Positions 13,196 to 25,623 of a stretch of DNA of 64,000 nt are shown here, one piece after another (position 1 is the first letter of the stretch; each line of letters opens with the position of its first letter). Where the stretch lies: positions 4,278,001-4,342,000 of the forward strand of contig NC_134035.1 of assembly GCF_964204645.1 (NCBI RefSeq), given 5' to 3'. This DNA comes from Tubulanus polymorphus. Its lineage: Eukaryota > Animalia > Nemertea. The notes below the pieces were generated by a model. It was not told the DNA's origin, searched no databases, and was given only the letters and a program-made list of their open reading frames with translations. A program made the translations under genes and the position numbers.

Positions 13196-13958
13196 ATACA
13201 ACCGGGTGTCTCCCAAAATGTGTTACCAAAGCTTTAAGATTACTAATAAACTATAATCTTAATTATTTTTGGGGGTTAGGTTGGTAGATTTGGATGTTTA
13301 CTCGAGGATGAAAATGTTGAAATGCAGTAGCGTGTTTTTGAATGGCCATGAAAATGGAGATGAATCAAAAACTATCCGTATTGTTCAATTGTGTTCGTTT
13401 ATTGTTAAACGACCATGAGACATTTGAAATCACAAAATCACCGGATTATCACTTCTTCTGATATCTTCCTTGTGGTAAATTGGAAAAACCAAGAAGGTAT
13501 TCGAAACACCACCAGCAGGAATCGAGGACTTTAGTAGTGTAAAGTAACAGGCTTTGAGAAATACTGGATCTGATGTGTCAAAATTCTGTGAGAGAAATTA
13601 GGCGTCGAACTCGACTGTGCATTGTCAAAAATGCATGGTTATGATATTGAACAATTCCGGAGCTGCTTAATTAGTAAAGCGGACCAACAGTTTTATTAAC
13701 AGAAACCTTCAATTTCATTATTGTCTCAAATCATGTCCATTTTATCGAAAAAGTACACAATGCAATAATCCCCTTTTCGACTTTAAGGGGCTATTCAAAA
13801 CACGCTAGTGCCCAGCCATGCCTAACTTATCATATCGTTGCATATTCCATCCATGAGGAGACATCCAGGTCTAACTACCTTACCCGCTGGAGGATTTCTT
13901 TCAATTATAGTTGAAGATGAAAGCTAACGCGGTAACACATTTTTGAGACAACCAGTTC
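13196..13958. mobile_element. Tc1/mariner-like non-autonomous element with long imperfect inverted arms
   Basis: Left end TACAACCGGGTGTCTCCCAAAATGTGTTACC and right end GGTAACACATTTTTGAGACAACC; internal inverted matches 13325-13350/13787-13810 and 13375-13435/13720-13770. Confidence 0.65.
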
Positions 13959-15629
13959 AATTAACGAGCGAAATCCCACAATAAATTCAGCCAAAACGAG
14001 AAACTTGAATAACCAGTAGAATTGTACTGTACCTGTACCTGTACTTAAGTTTTTTCGACGATGAGCGAATGCCGTCTTTAGGCTCCTCAAGGCTTCAAAA
14101 GACTGAGACTGTAGTTTCGTTTTACATGCCTTCATATAAAGGTCGATGCGTCACATGTCGCCGAAATAGAAATTTGGGAATACCCAGATACCGCGAATTC
14201 GCGCATTGTGCCGCCAGACTGTCCAGCTGAAACGACGGCGTTTCAAATGACATGTCGAATTCTTTTTTTTCTGAAATGAGGAGCCGCTTCGAACGAACCA
14301 TTCGTCATAATGTTGGCCAGAGTATCTCTTTAAATAGTTCAGGCATGTAAAAAAATGCATTGCCTCCAGGAGATGGTGGGAGTTTTCAGCGCGCTGTTAC
14401 TGTTTTCGTTCAACCAATACAGTGTACAGTACTGCGCGCTACCTTAGCGAGTTGAATGCGCAGACTATTGGCATTTATGTCACATAGTACTACTGCAGAT
14501 AAAATACAACGAGACCAATAGTGCGACGCTCAGCTTTCGCTGCCGGTGTTGTATTTACTCTAGTATACCAGGTTACACTGAGACACTGAGGCATGGCGTC
14601 GTTCTGCCCAACGACAGATTGCTCTCTGGCGCACCCACTGTCATAATGCTGTCGCATCCTTCGAAGCTGATCGCATCAACAAGCTAATGGACAAACGTAT
14701 TAAAAGCAAGAAAGGCTGCTGCCCATTCATCGTAGCGATGAGAGATTGCACTACTCCAGGTGAACACGGCGACTATACTGTATTGTAAGCTCAGGTCGAC
14801 CCGATCATCTGGTCGGAATTTTTGCATCGGGAGCCTTTTCGATATGAGTTTACTTGCGACCGGTCAGGTCAGGTCAGCCGCAGACCCGTCGTATGCCGAA
14901 TCACAAGAATAGAACAAGTTCGATTTCTAAGACCAGATCAGATCGCCGTAGCCAAGGCCAACTTCGATTTTCGTAGCTAGTTGACTAGTGGTCGGAACTA
15001 ATAATCGAACGCACTTTAGTTCGGCCGTAACACTATTTCAGTGTCGGCTGTCTTGAACCTAGGTCCGAACTATAGCGACCGTGCTCAATTGCGTGCTGGT
15101 CGACCATTTCCAGACTATAGTTCCGACTAACGGACATTCGGTTTCGTTAGTTCGACCATAGTCGCCTAACTCCGATAACTGGAGTTCGTCCAATTAGCGA
15201 CGAGTCGTGCGTCACGTGGCCTTTAGACTCGACGTCATAGTCGACCTGAGCGATCTCGAGATCGGCCATCATCGATCACGTGTTTACTGCCACTGATGTT
15301 CCTACGACGATATGATCAATAGCTGAGCTTAGGTTAAAAAAAAGAAACGACCGAACCATAGAAAAAAAGAGAGTACACGCTTTATTGATTGCGAAGAGAA
15401 ATACGCGACTACTAACGATGAATATTCTACCACTCCTCCCGACCTGATGCCGCGTGACAATCAAATCAAGGGGTATGATCAGTCGAATATAAGCCCTATA
15501 CGAATAATCATTTCTTTATCAAACAGGACGCACTTCCACAGTGTCTTGGTGTGAATTTGACTTGAATTAGTTCATTTGCGGAAAATAAGGCAACTGGCTC
15601 CTCCGAGTCGGAACATTTTTCAAATAAGA

Positions 15630-17585
15630 TTAAAAGTCGGTGTCTTCGTTGCTTGAAGACGATGATTTCTGGTTTAAATTTGCCGCCTCCATATCCCCAT
15701 CGCCATCGCTGTCGTCTGTAGATTTATGATCGTCTACTCGTTGTTCGATGACGACCGTTTTGACGATCGACTTACGTCGAGGCGTGTCGGAGTCAACGTC
15801 GCTGGCGTCCAGCGTTAGGTCGGCTTGAACGTCTTCCAATGCGTCCTCCAGCGATTTGTAAGCTTTCACCGTACCGCTACCGCCGCCGTTATCGCTCTTA
15901 TTCTTGTTTTTCTTCTTTTTCCGCAGCATCTTCGGTAATTTGATGTTGTTCAGCTGGCGTCGTATTCTGCCGTCGCTTCCGTCGCCTTTGCCGAAAATGA
16001 TAACCGGACGTTTGTACAGTATGACCGCCGCCGTCACGATTGCGCAGACGCCCAAAATACCGACGACCGCCCCGATGATCGCCCCGACCGGTGTCTGGTT
16101 TTCGACTTTCTCTATTTTCTCTTCAAGTAGGGCTTCTCGGTTCTGGAGAATTCGAAGTTACGATACAATTAGTTGTGATAGGACCCCAAATATATTAGTT
16201 TCAGATGATACGCCAAAATCGCCAAAGTCGTCTTGTAATTTGGACATCATTATGTTAACGACTTAATTGAAAAAAACAAATCGGGAATCAAAAATGGAAG
16301 ACGATTAAAGCGAGTTTGACTGTCGAAGGTGGTTTGATGTATATATGCTTCTATCCAAGGCTTATCGGACTGGTCTCTCTTTACCGATGAAAGAACGCTT
16401 ACCTCTTCTTCGTACAAATCATCTCTTAATTTCTCGACGATTTTAGCGACCTTTTTATTCGAAGGTTCATTCGCTTTCTTATCTTTCTTCGGGCTTTTCG
16501 AACCTATAATGCATATGAACACACAAGCCTTCATTCAAAATGTTAAGCTCGATTTCTTATAAGATCCAACAATGGATTTCATTAAAATCTTGCAATACCA
16601 TTGTATCAATTTGTCAAATTTGTAAGTGCACCCGTTGAGTTTCATTGAAATACACTAGGCATATACACACTTTAGCGGTGGGAATAGAACCTATCAGATA
16701 ATGTCAAAGTCTATTATAATCTGGTGTTGATGTTAGTATTAAAATGATTAATCAACCATTATTATCAGAACAACCTCCCTTAAATCGTTATCCTCATGTC
16801 AATGTTTCTCCGGCTCCAGGTCATTTTATCTAAGTAGTAACAACAGTGTAAGTTTTTGTAAGTTTATCTCTTTACCTATGTTCTACTTTCAACATTATTG
16901 TTACGAATAAAGATTCATAGATGATTAAGGGTAACCTCTAAAACATATAGGCCTGCCTACCTTCATCCTGGCTGCGCACTTCACTGATATCATCATCCCC
17001 GTCTTCGTCATTGCTCAAATCTTCCTCTGCATCGTCGGTATCAGAATCGTCGTCGTCGTCGTCACTTTCATCTGTTTCGTCTTCACCGTAATCTGGAATC
17101 CTCTCTGTATTGTATGAATGATAAAAGTTAATATGAAAGGCAGCGTTGTAGGTGTTTTATTCATATATTTGTATAGTTTGTACCATTTTCGTCCATTTCA
17201 TCTGTTTTTATGCTTTTGATTGTATTCCTTTTTTCGCCCGTCACAGATTTTGGCTTTTTAGTCGAATTCACAGCGACGACTAAAGATGAATAAAATGAAA
17301 TAATTGTTTTCCTGAATTATCTGTTGGGCTTCGGCGCTGGAGTTGTGGCCTAGTCTTGATTGTGTCCATAGATAGGCGGTTCAACTTTGGTTTTGGTTTG
17401 TTCACTAAGAACCTCAGTGTTAGCGTACCACTGCAGGAGCTCTTCCGAACTGGGTGAACTTATTGCAAATCATAGGTAAATAGTTTCAAAAATTGGAGAT
17501 GTTTGTTAACGCTCAGGAAATTATAAACATGTATTTACTCACCTAAACCTGCCAGGAATAACAGTATCAACAATCGCGAATTCAT
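15630..17585 (-). CDS. Uncharacterised type I single-pass membrane protein (~298 aa) with an acidic, low-complexity ectodomain; exons 17585-17543, 17279-17184, 17104-16961, 16503-16403, 16142-15630
   Basis: Five phase-compatible GT-AG exons. Signal peptide MNSRLLILLFLAGLVVA, Asp/Glu-rich segment (DETDESDDDDDSDTDDAEED), TM VGAIIGAVVGILGVCAIVTAAVILY, and a basic then acidic cytosolic tail containing YKSL. Confidence 0.8.
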
Positions 17586-18068
17586 GGATTCTTTTTATCT
17601 TTAAAATTCAAAACAACCCTCGAAAAAGTTAACCCAAAATTATCTGTCCCTCATTCCGCCTTCATTCGTCGCTCAACAATATCAACAGTTGCTTCGAAAG
17701 TCGTTACAGCAACAAAAGTAAGATTTGGCCAGAGGCGAATCTATCTTGTCAAATCAAATTTGGTTATGCCAGGATGAATACGATTTTACCTATAATCAAA
17801 TTTAATTTGATGTGATAAATTCGCCTCTGAATCAGTAAGAAATGCATAAAATGTAATGCAAAGTTTTATTCTATTTCGATTAAAAAAAAAACAGGTAAAT
17901 ACATGAAAATTGAGGATTCAAATCACAGAATCGATGAGCATTTGGCGTCACAAACAGGTCTAAGTAAACTTGCCAATCTTAATAATACCTAATAATGCGT
18001 TTGAGCTAAATAAGGATGGTTCAATCAACGATCTGCTTATCTTGGCATTAAGATGATAGATAGCGCGC

Positions 18069-21000
18069 TCAAATTTCGATTTGTTTCTCTAAGCCATCCT
18101 GTCCTACGACGGTCAGCGATAGTGTAATGTTCGACGTTTCAATCCCCGACGCGCGACGGGTGGACAGTTCGTCCGGCGACCTGTATAACGGGTTGACGAA
18201 GTGAGCTTGCTCGTGCAGTCGCTCGAAATGGTTCCGCCTAGAAATGATATCGAGAAAACAAATCTTCTCAAGTGTGAACGAATCGGAATACTCATCATTC
18301 GAGCATTAAATCGTAGAGTGCCCTTTGCTGGGAAGTATCTGTATATCGCGAAAATGGGTGTGGCATTGCTTTACCTTCTACGGCGTTTTTCGAACGAATA
18401 ACTGACGCCGAATATAATCATCAAAACTATTAAAATACCGACACCAGAAACGATATATTCTGAAAAGTCGAGAATGATACAGTGTTAGATGATATTGATA
18501 AACTCGCATTATTATCAGCGTGGCTAATGAATTATGCCCCGGGGCCCGGTTTCACGAACGGGGATTAAGCCTCTAATTCAGGTTAACTTAAATGGCTAAT
18601 TCGATTTAGAAGTTTGAGGTTACTTTTCGATGCCCGTTTCACAAAAGTGAGTTAACTTTAATTCGTATAAGTTTAACCTGAAAATCTAATCGGCTAATTC
18701 GAATTAGTTGCTACGAAAATGGGCTACTAGCAAACAACGAATGCAAACAACGACAAAACTCAAATTGTTTGACAATACGAATAATGAAGATATTTATTAT
18801 ACAGACCTATACATTTTAACAAATTCCAAAACATTTTTAATTCGAATTATCACCTAATTCGAATGAAAAGTTAAACCCCGTTCGTGAAACCGGGGTTTAA
18901 CTGAATCGGAAACGAACTAAGTTAGTTAGCCGTTCCCCCGGGTTAAAGTGGATAATAGTCTATAGAAACCGGGCCAAAACAGTGTTTTGCCCAGCGCCGT
19001 CACCAGTGATGATAAACAATAGATTCTCAGAAATATTTACGGTAATTCCTTCTCCACGAGCACGGAGGATACCCTTTATTCAAGATTTGGTAAAGTGTTG
19101 AAACACGAAAAAATCACGAAAAACGCTTATTAAGAGTTTGACTAATTAAAACCCGCAAACAGTCTGATTGTTTACCGAGGAGTCGGCTTTCCCGTTCGCT
19201 TATAGTATAGTTGTACAAACTGGTCTGATAGGAAACAAAATCTTACAATAGTTTTACAGAAGGCAGTCTACTGACGACTGCGGAATAAGAGTATGACAAA
19301 AGGATATGTTATAGGTTAAACATTATACAGCGATGATAAATTTTCTGGTAACTTTTGGTAACTATAGTTCTATGAACTAACTCACAATGATGGTGAGTTA
19401 GTTCATATGGAGTGCCATACAACTTGCCATACACACGTAAGTGGCCATCCATTGACCAACGTTCGGGAGACTCTACCAATACTCCACACTGGAGATATGG
19501 TCTGCAGTCTGGATGTCGTCAAAAGCCGTCTCTCGGGGAAAAACTCCAGGGCCTCATTCTCCGTAAATCAACCCGTCTTTACGAGGAATTATCATTCCGA
19601 TTGAAACTATCGATAAGATGTTTAACTATGATATAAATGTCGCAATTGTAAACTGAAAATATATTTTAAACAACGTTGTGTCGTTTTATTAATCGAAATC
19701 AAGATGGCGGCTTTTTCAATCGGTCAGTTCAACAGAACAACTCGATATTGAAACAGTTTCTTCCGTAATCAATATCTTTATCTATAAACGGCTGATTAGA
19801 CGAACACATCAATTATAAGTCGGATATTGATATGTTGCGATTTGGATGCGATGAATCCGTGGATTAATAAAAGAAAAGATAACAATTTAACGAGTCATTG
19901 TATTATGCCATCAAAATAACCTAAAAGATCTAGTCGAAATGTGTACAGGGATAACCTAGTGTTTTATATACATAATATCGGTTAGACTATCGGTATTATG
20001 CCTGAATATACATGGACCGGATAACTGTATGTGTAATCTCCCAAAAATCATCCGAATTTTTTCCAATTCAACTGTTTTGAAATAAAGATCGAATTGTCAT
20101 AAACATAAATCGTCCTTTAATTAGAATATTTTCTCGCATTTATTATCGGTTAACCTAACCTAATGTAACAATTTAGGATTAAGTCAAATTGCAAGATATT
20201 ATTTATTACACTGCGTTGACATAGAATTCACACTTCAATTCCTGTGTCAGTGGTGACCTTTTCGGTTTCTCTCCCCATAATAAACGTTTGTCCCAGTTCA
20301 TTTCCTCTCTGGTCAATGTCACGCAAACAACGATGATACTTGAATTGGTTGACAATACCAGGGAAGTGTGATGAGAATACTACAGAAATTATGAGAGATA
20401 TATACAATCCAGAGACAAAGAGACTAATTCAAGTAATCAGAGATGATACAAACTAAAGGAAAATTAACGTAGAAACAGTTACACGCTAAAACAGATTAAA
20501 GAGAAGCAGTTAAGAGACAAACTAGGGGGCACTTAAATTTAAGACAATTGTGAATACAAGTTGATCGACTAAAATTGATGAGGGGAAATCAGGTGTTGAG
20601 TTTAACCAGTTTACAGAGGAATTTTTATATAAGTTTATTATGGGATGAAAAACCGATATTCGGAAACAACTGAATTATTACGGAGATTCCCGATCTCGCT
20701 GGTTATCGCTTATCGGCGCGTTACGTAACAAAGCGCTCGCCGACGAACCGTTATCGGCTTTAGGGCAATTACAACGCACATTCGACAAGAGCTGCACAAT
20801 AGCGTCCGTATTCCATCTCATCACACTTCCCTGACAATACCAATAATGAAGATATTTATAATGCAAGACCTATACATTTTTCGAATTCGTTGAAAATCTC
20901 ATTGGAGAAAGAATTCAAAGGAAACGAAACGATCAAATTCGATTACACCAAAAAAGCTTAAAATACTTGGCGATGGGCGCATTTGTGAATGAAACATGCA

Positions 21001-24000
21001 TTATGGGAAGCTTATTTGGAATTAACTATTTGGAATTAACTTCGGAGATAATTCCAATTAGTGAATTTTTCGCTCATTCGCGTTTGTCAAACAGATTTAA
21101 TACTCGAATTAACTAATTCGATTAAAACATCTTTAATTCGAATTATCACCTAATTCGAATCACCTAATTCGAATCAAAAGATAATCCCCGTTCGTGAAAC
21201 CGAGCCCAGGTGATTGCATATCTTACATGCATAAATCCAACGATTTAATAGATCGTAATTCATCTAAATCTCATCTTCAGAGAAACAATAAACAACACAT
21301 TATGATAGGCCTAATGAATTGTCATTTTTTCAATACTACTTCTGATGTAGAGAAATTTTTAACGCGTTGCATCGAAAAAAATGTAAGATATTATCAGTTA
21401 GTATCGGATTATCGATTAGATCACTTTCCCCGTTATAGACGAATATAGATATTAGAATGACCGATTTCAAATGATTCGGAACACGATAAAAGTATATCTT
21501 CGCGTGGATATTAACGAGAAAATAAACAACGGATTTACCGATTGGAATTCTGTACTCGGATTCGATTGAATATCCAACATCTGTAGAAAATTAAACGAAA
21601 TTGATTAGTGATGATGATATCGACTAGTCGATAGAACACGTTTCGTAATAATTCACTTGAAAATGGTTTCATTAATTTGAACGAGACTGTCGCTTGCTCG
21701 CTTGCTTACTATTGTTTAATGTAGATGTTATTCTCGGTTGTGTCGTGGTCTGTCGTGTGGAGGATGCTGTCAGTGGTGGTGAGGTTGTTGGTCTAGTTGT
21801 ACTCACAGGGTCTTCGATTCTCGTCGTGCTGACAGTCGTTACTGCGGATGTCGTCGTTGTTGCGGGTGATGAAGTGCTCGACGATAAACTCGTCGACGCC
21901 GTCGTCGTTTTCGGAATTAAATCTTGACAAAACATAAAAACGGCAATTACGATCAACGTTAAAACGCGACGATTCCTTCTTTGGAAATCGAGCAGGGGCG
22001 CTAGCAGAGGTATCGCGTATAAACTATTCTATTCTATTCATCGATACGGCCTTGGTGGTGCTCAGTTGGATCTTGGAAAATGATTACTCCAAGGCGGGAT
22101 AAGGTATGATGCTATTGCATTCAATTTGCTATCGCTGTTGAGTGGCAAGTGGATTCGAGCCCTCTTCTGACTGCTTACAATGTGCGGGCGACATTTCAAA
22201 TGTCGTGGTCCAATAGGGTTAGTCTTGGTAGACCGAGATCCGAACGACGCAAAGTAAAGATAAACAAACTAGAAAATAAGATATTCATCGGATTTTCGAT
22301 GCGGTTAAACACCTTTTTGCTGCAAGTAATAACCAACTGCGGTCGTTTCAGTATTAACAGATTTCCACAGACATCCACCGGCGCCTCCACACTGCATAAC
22401 TACGGAATACTTCGGTGAAACGTTCGGGGTCCGGCTGCGCGGGTCCCAACGCGTGTAGTTAGCTTCCATCCCTGAAACCATCGAAAAATAAAACGTAATA
22501 TTTGAATATGACCGCTAGAAAATTCACGACATAAATTCAAAACTCTAGCGTTTAACCTCATTGAAATGAAAATGAATCAAATTTATGATTGAATAGCGAG
22601 TTAAAAGGCAATCGTACTGTAATCCAGCTGTTCAGACCACGTCCATACTGCGAATGTTAGACCTATCCAATATTGGCGGGCTTCCTTTAGTCGGGAATAA
22701 AGTAGTCGACGATTGGCAGCGCTGTCTGGTGCTGCTAGATGTCCCTGCCTCGATTTACAAAACGAACGTGCCTCGTACCAGGTCAGTGGGAGGTCTTCGG
22801 GAACGTCGAAGCACTTTCCAGATTCGGAGCACTTTTCACCTTTGAAATCATACAGAGCGGAGTGATTTATACGGAAGAGCATTGCAGCTACGCGGGAGCT
22901 TGCACAATCGTGGTCATTAATCTTTAGACTGGTCTTACTATGTTAGACCGGCTACAGAACTAAGCTGGTCTTGGACTGGTTTTAAATCTAAGCCAGGTGC
23001 AACAGGTCCAGACTGTGCAACTGGTCCCTCGTATGTTTCGGTTGTTTTTTTTTTTAGTTAGAAAAACTAACTTTTTAACGAGAAGAAACTGGACTGTCTA
23101 AACTCGAAAAGTCAACATAAAATCTCGAAAAATATTTCCGTTGAATTCGAGTTAGATTTGGCAAATTTGTTCTCTGAAAAATGTTGGCATTTAGAGAGCA
23201 GTGCCATTAACGAGTATGGCGTAATAACCGACTGACTGTGCTAGGTGTCTGCAATGATTTTCTGTAGATCCGTGAAGAGTTTGACTGATAGCGAAGACGA
23301 ACCTAACAAAATAAATTCGCGAAATTCATAATTTACCTGAATATTCGCAGATGAAATAATATCGATCGATGCATTTTTGTTCGGTCCACGAAAACTTGTG
23401 ATAGTCGTAGTCGAATTCTATCGTAGCGCACGTGTATTGGAATTTGTTGGTGGTAGGACGGCCGGGTCGCCAGTCGGTGTCGTCCGTATCCGCGACACTG
23501 TCGGTGCCGATATCGTAAAGATAGTGCGCCGATCTGCCTCCGCAGAATTCTTCGGGAGATCCAGCGCACGGCTCCTTGCACCCGTTTATCGAAGACGACG
23601 TCGCTTCGGACATGTGCCACTCGGCGAAACAGTTACAATACCTGCCATCCTGCGTACGTGAAATACAACATTTGATTTGATTTCATTTTGATCGTATATT
23701 CTATGAATGATTATCGGAAATTTCATAACTATAGTTGAAAGTTAATGACATGTTTTTGATCCGGTCCTCCTTTATAGTTCGTTCTAATTTAATTGGCTCT
23801 AAGAGTTGACTCGCTGAAAATGCACTGATTTCGACTCAAGAGTTAGTTACTACTTTGGGACCGGATGGAGGCCCCAGGTTTCGCAAGAAAAAACGATTAA
23901 ACGATTGATCTAATTTCTTCATTATTAAGGTTTATCAAAAATCTATTTTGAAGTATATCTTTGCGTGAAACTTTACCCAGGATCAGATGCAGTTTTATCA

Positions 24001-25623
24001 CGTAAGTTACCGGACCCAGTTCCTCAGTTGTGAGTTGACTCCGAGTTAACTCTGTGGAACTGGATCCTGAGTTCACAGTTAACTCTAATTCACAACTTTG
24101 GAACGGGATCCTGAGTTCAGAGTTAACTCTCACAACTATAGAACTGGATCCTGGTTAACGTTGACTACCATTTGTACACAACTGTCCCCCAGCAGATCCC
24201 CTTTTATCGGTCTTATCGATGGATGCGGCGGAGTTTCTCGGCCACAATTTGTTCTATGGTTTCTACCACAAATCGAGAAAAAGAAACCTTTGAAATTGTA
24301 GCTATTTAAGGAATCATCAGTCTTTATTGAATATCCGGTTATCAAATAACTCGGCGACCACAGGTTCGTATTATTCGTGCGCTATTTCACCTACCCAAAC
24401 GGTTGCGTATTTCGTATTTTTTGACTTGCACGTGGTGATGCATATCTTCGGGCTCATGTCGTCGCTCTCTATCGACAACGTCGGTTCTAAACCTTTCACG
24501 TAATTGTAACAACCTTGGCTCGAAACCGTTCGCCGATCTTTGAAAGTATACGATATAAAAGAAATGATATAGCGTTAACTCTCATAGAACTGTTAAGATA
24601 ATCATCCATTCCTGGTACGCGTAGCTCGTTACTACGATTTACGATGGAAAATGCGAAAATCAGTCGCAGAGATCTCTTCGTAGCTACATTTTTATCATCC
24701 TCCTTCGGCAGGGATTCGAACCTCATGGCATCGCTACACTCGGCCACGGTACGAAACCCTGCCACACTAGACTGGGTGCGCAGGTACATGCCAAGGTTTA
24801 CCGCCCGAAAACTTGCAGCACCAATCAGATCCGGTCTGTTATATAAATTTCACGGAAGAACTATAAATGGGATAACCCGGGCTAAAACAAAACGGGATAT
24901 CTGATTGGCTAATAATGACATTCTATGCCGCGCGTGTAGCTGCACACTCGGTCTAGTGTGGCAGGGTTTCGTGCCGTGGCAATCTCGATGCCATCAGGTT
25001 CCTGTCGGGGAGGATGCCTTTTATAAATTAACTACCCCTTTGATTGATTTCCTATCAGTATACTGACCATGTTCCCAATGCCATTCTACTTGATGACCGG
25101 TCAGAGCCAGAGCTACGTTTCCATAAATATTCTCGTCTCGGGCCAATTCGTCCAGCAGATTCTGGCTGCCTTCGTCGGTTATGAGCCCGGACGATGGCCC
25201 CATTTGCGTTAAGTAGTAACAAACTCCCAGCTTTTCGTCACATTTTCGTTGTGCTGAGAACAAAACAAAGGACAATTTCATCACTGCCTCTAGGAAGGAT
25301 CGGTAACGTCTGTGAACAAATTTTTTGAAATCTCCATCGCTGATTAAACTTTGGGATTTTTATGCATGCTACATTGACGCTTCTATAGTCTACACTGATT
25401 TCGACCTTACGACCTGCCTTCGTTCGGACCTGTGGAATTACATAGAACTTTCTCAAATCATTTCGAAAATCCGCTCTTTCCCCTTTCTAAGTGTCGTAAT
25501 AGCCGACAAGCTCTGCTTTTCTGTTCAACCTTCGTTCAACTTACCGCTGTACTGCCCTAGAGAATAACCAAATAACAAAGTTATCCTTAAATATAGTAAT
25601 ATCGTCTTATGTGCATACGCCAT
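18069..25623 (-). CDS. Type I membrane C-type lectin/WSC receptor (~536 aa); exons 25623-25545, 25253-25068, 24537-24395, 23649-23337, 22839-22618, 22471-22313, 21922-21710, 21580-21539, 18459-18375, 18237-18069
   Basis: All ten exons join in frame with GT-AG ends. Order: signal peptide MAYAHKTILLYLRITLLFGYSLG; CTLD-like N-half; WSC (GCY...MSPKICITTC...YCNC...CKEPCAGSPEEFCGG); CTLD C-half (WRPGRP...CATI...WTEQKC...FICE); second CTLD (LTWYEARSFC...GHLA...YWIGL); Ser/Thr stalk; TM YIVSGVGILIVLMIIFGVSY; KRRRR; tail with FVNPLY. Confidence 0.85.
18541..21208. mobile_element. TIR DNA-element copies in the longest intron of the CTLD/WSC gene
   Basis: Left TIR GGGGCCCGGTTTCACGAACGGGGATTA (18541); matching right TIRs CCCCGTTCGTGAAACCG at ~18876-18895 and ~21186-21208; internal segment duplicated (18780-18818 vs 20843-20881). 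A short relative lies at 59486-59578. Confidence 0.6.
24696..25017. mobile_element. MITE with ~80-bp inverted arms containing a B-box-like GGTTCGAATCCC
   Basis: CATCCTCC...GCAGGGATTCGAACCTCATGGCATC...CACGGTACGAAACCCTGCCACACTAGAC paired with GTCTAGTGTGGCAGGGTTTCGTGCCGTGG...GATGCCATCAGGTTCC...GGAGGATG. Confidence 0.7.

Noticed and set aside
24708-24725. tRNA gene suggested by a B-box
   Set aside because: No A-box or cloverleaf could be built; the motif is part of a MITE arm.
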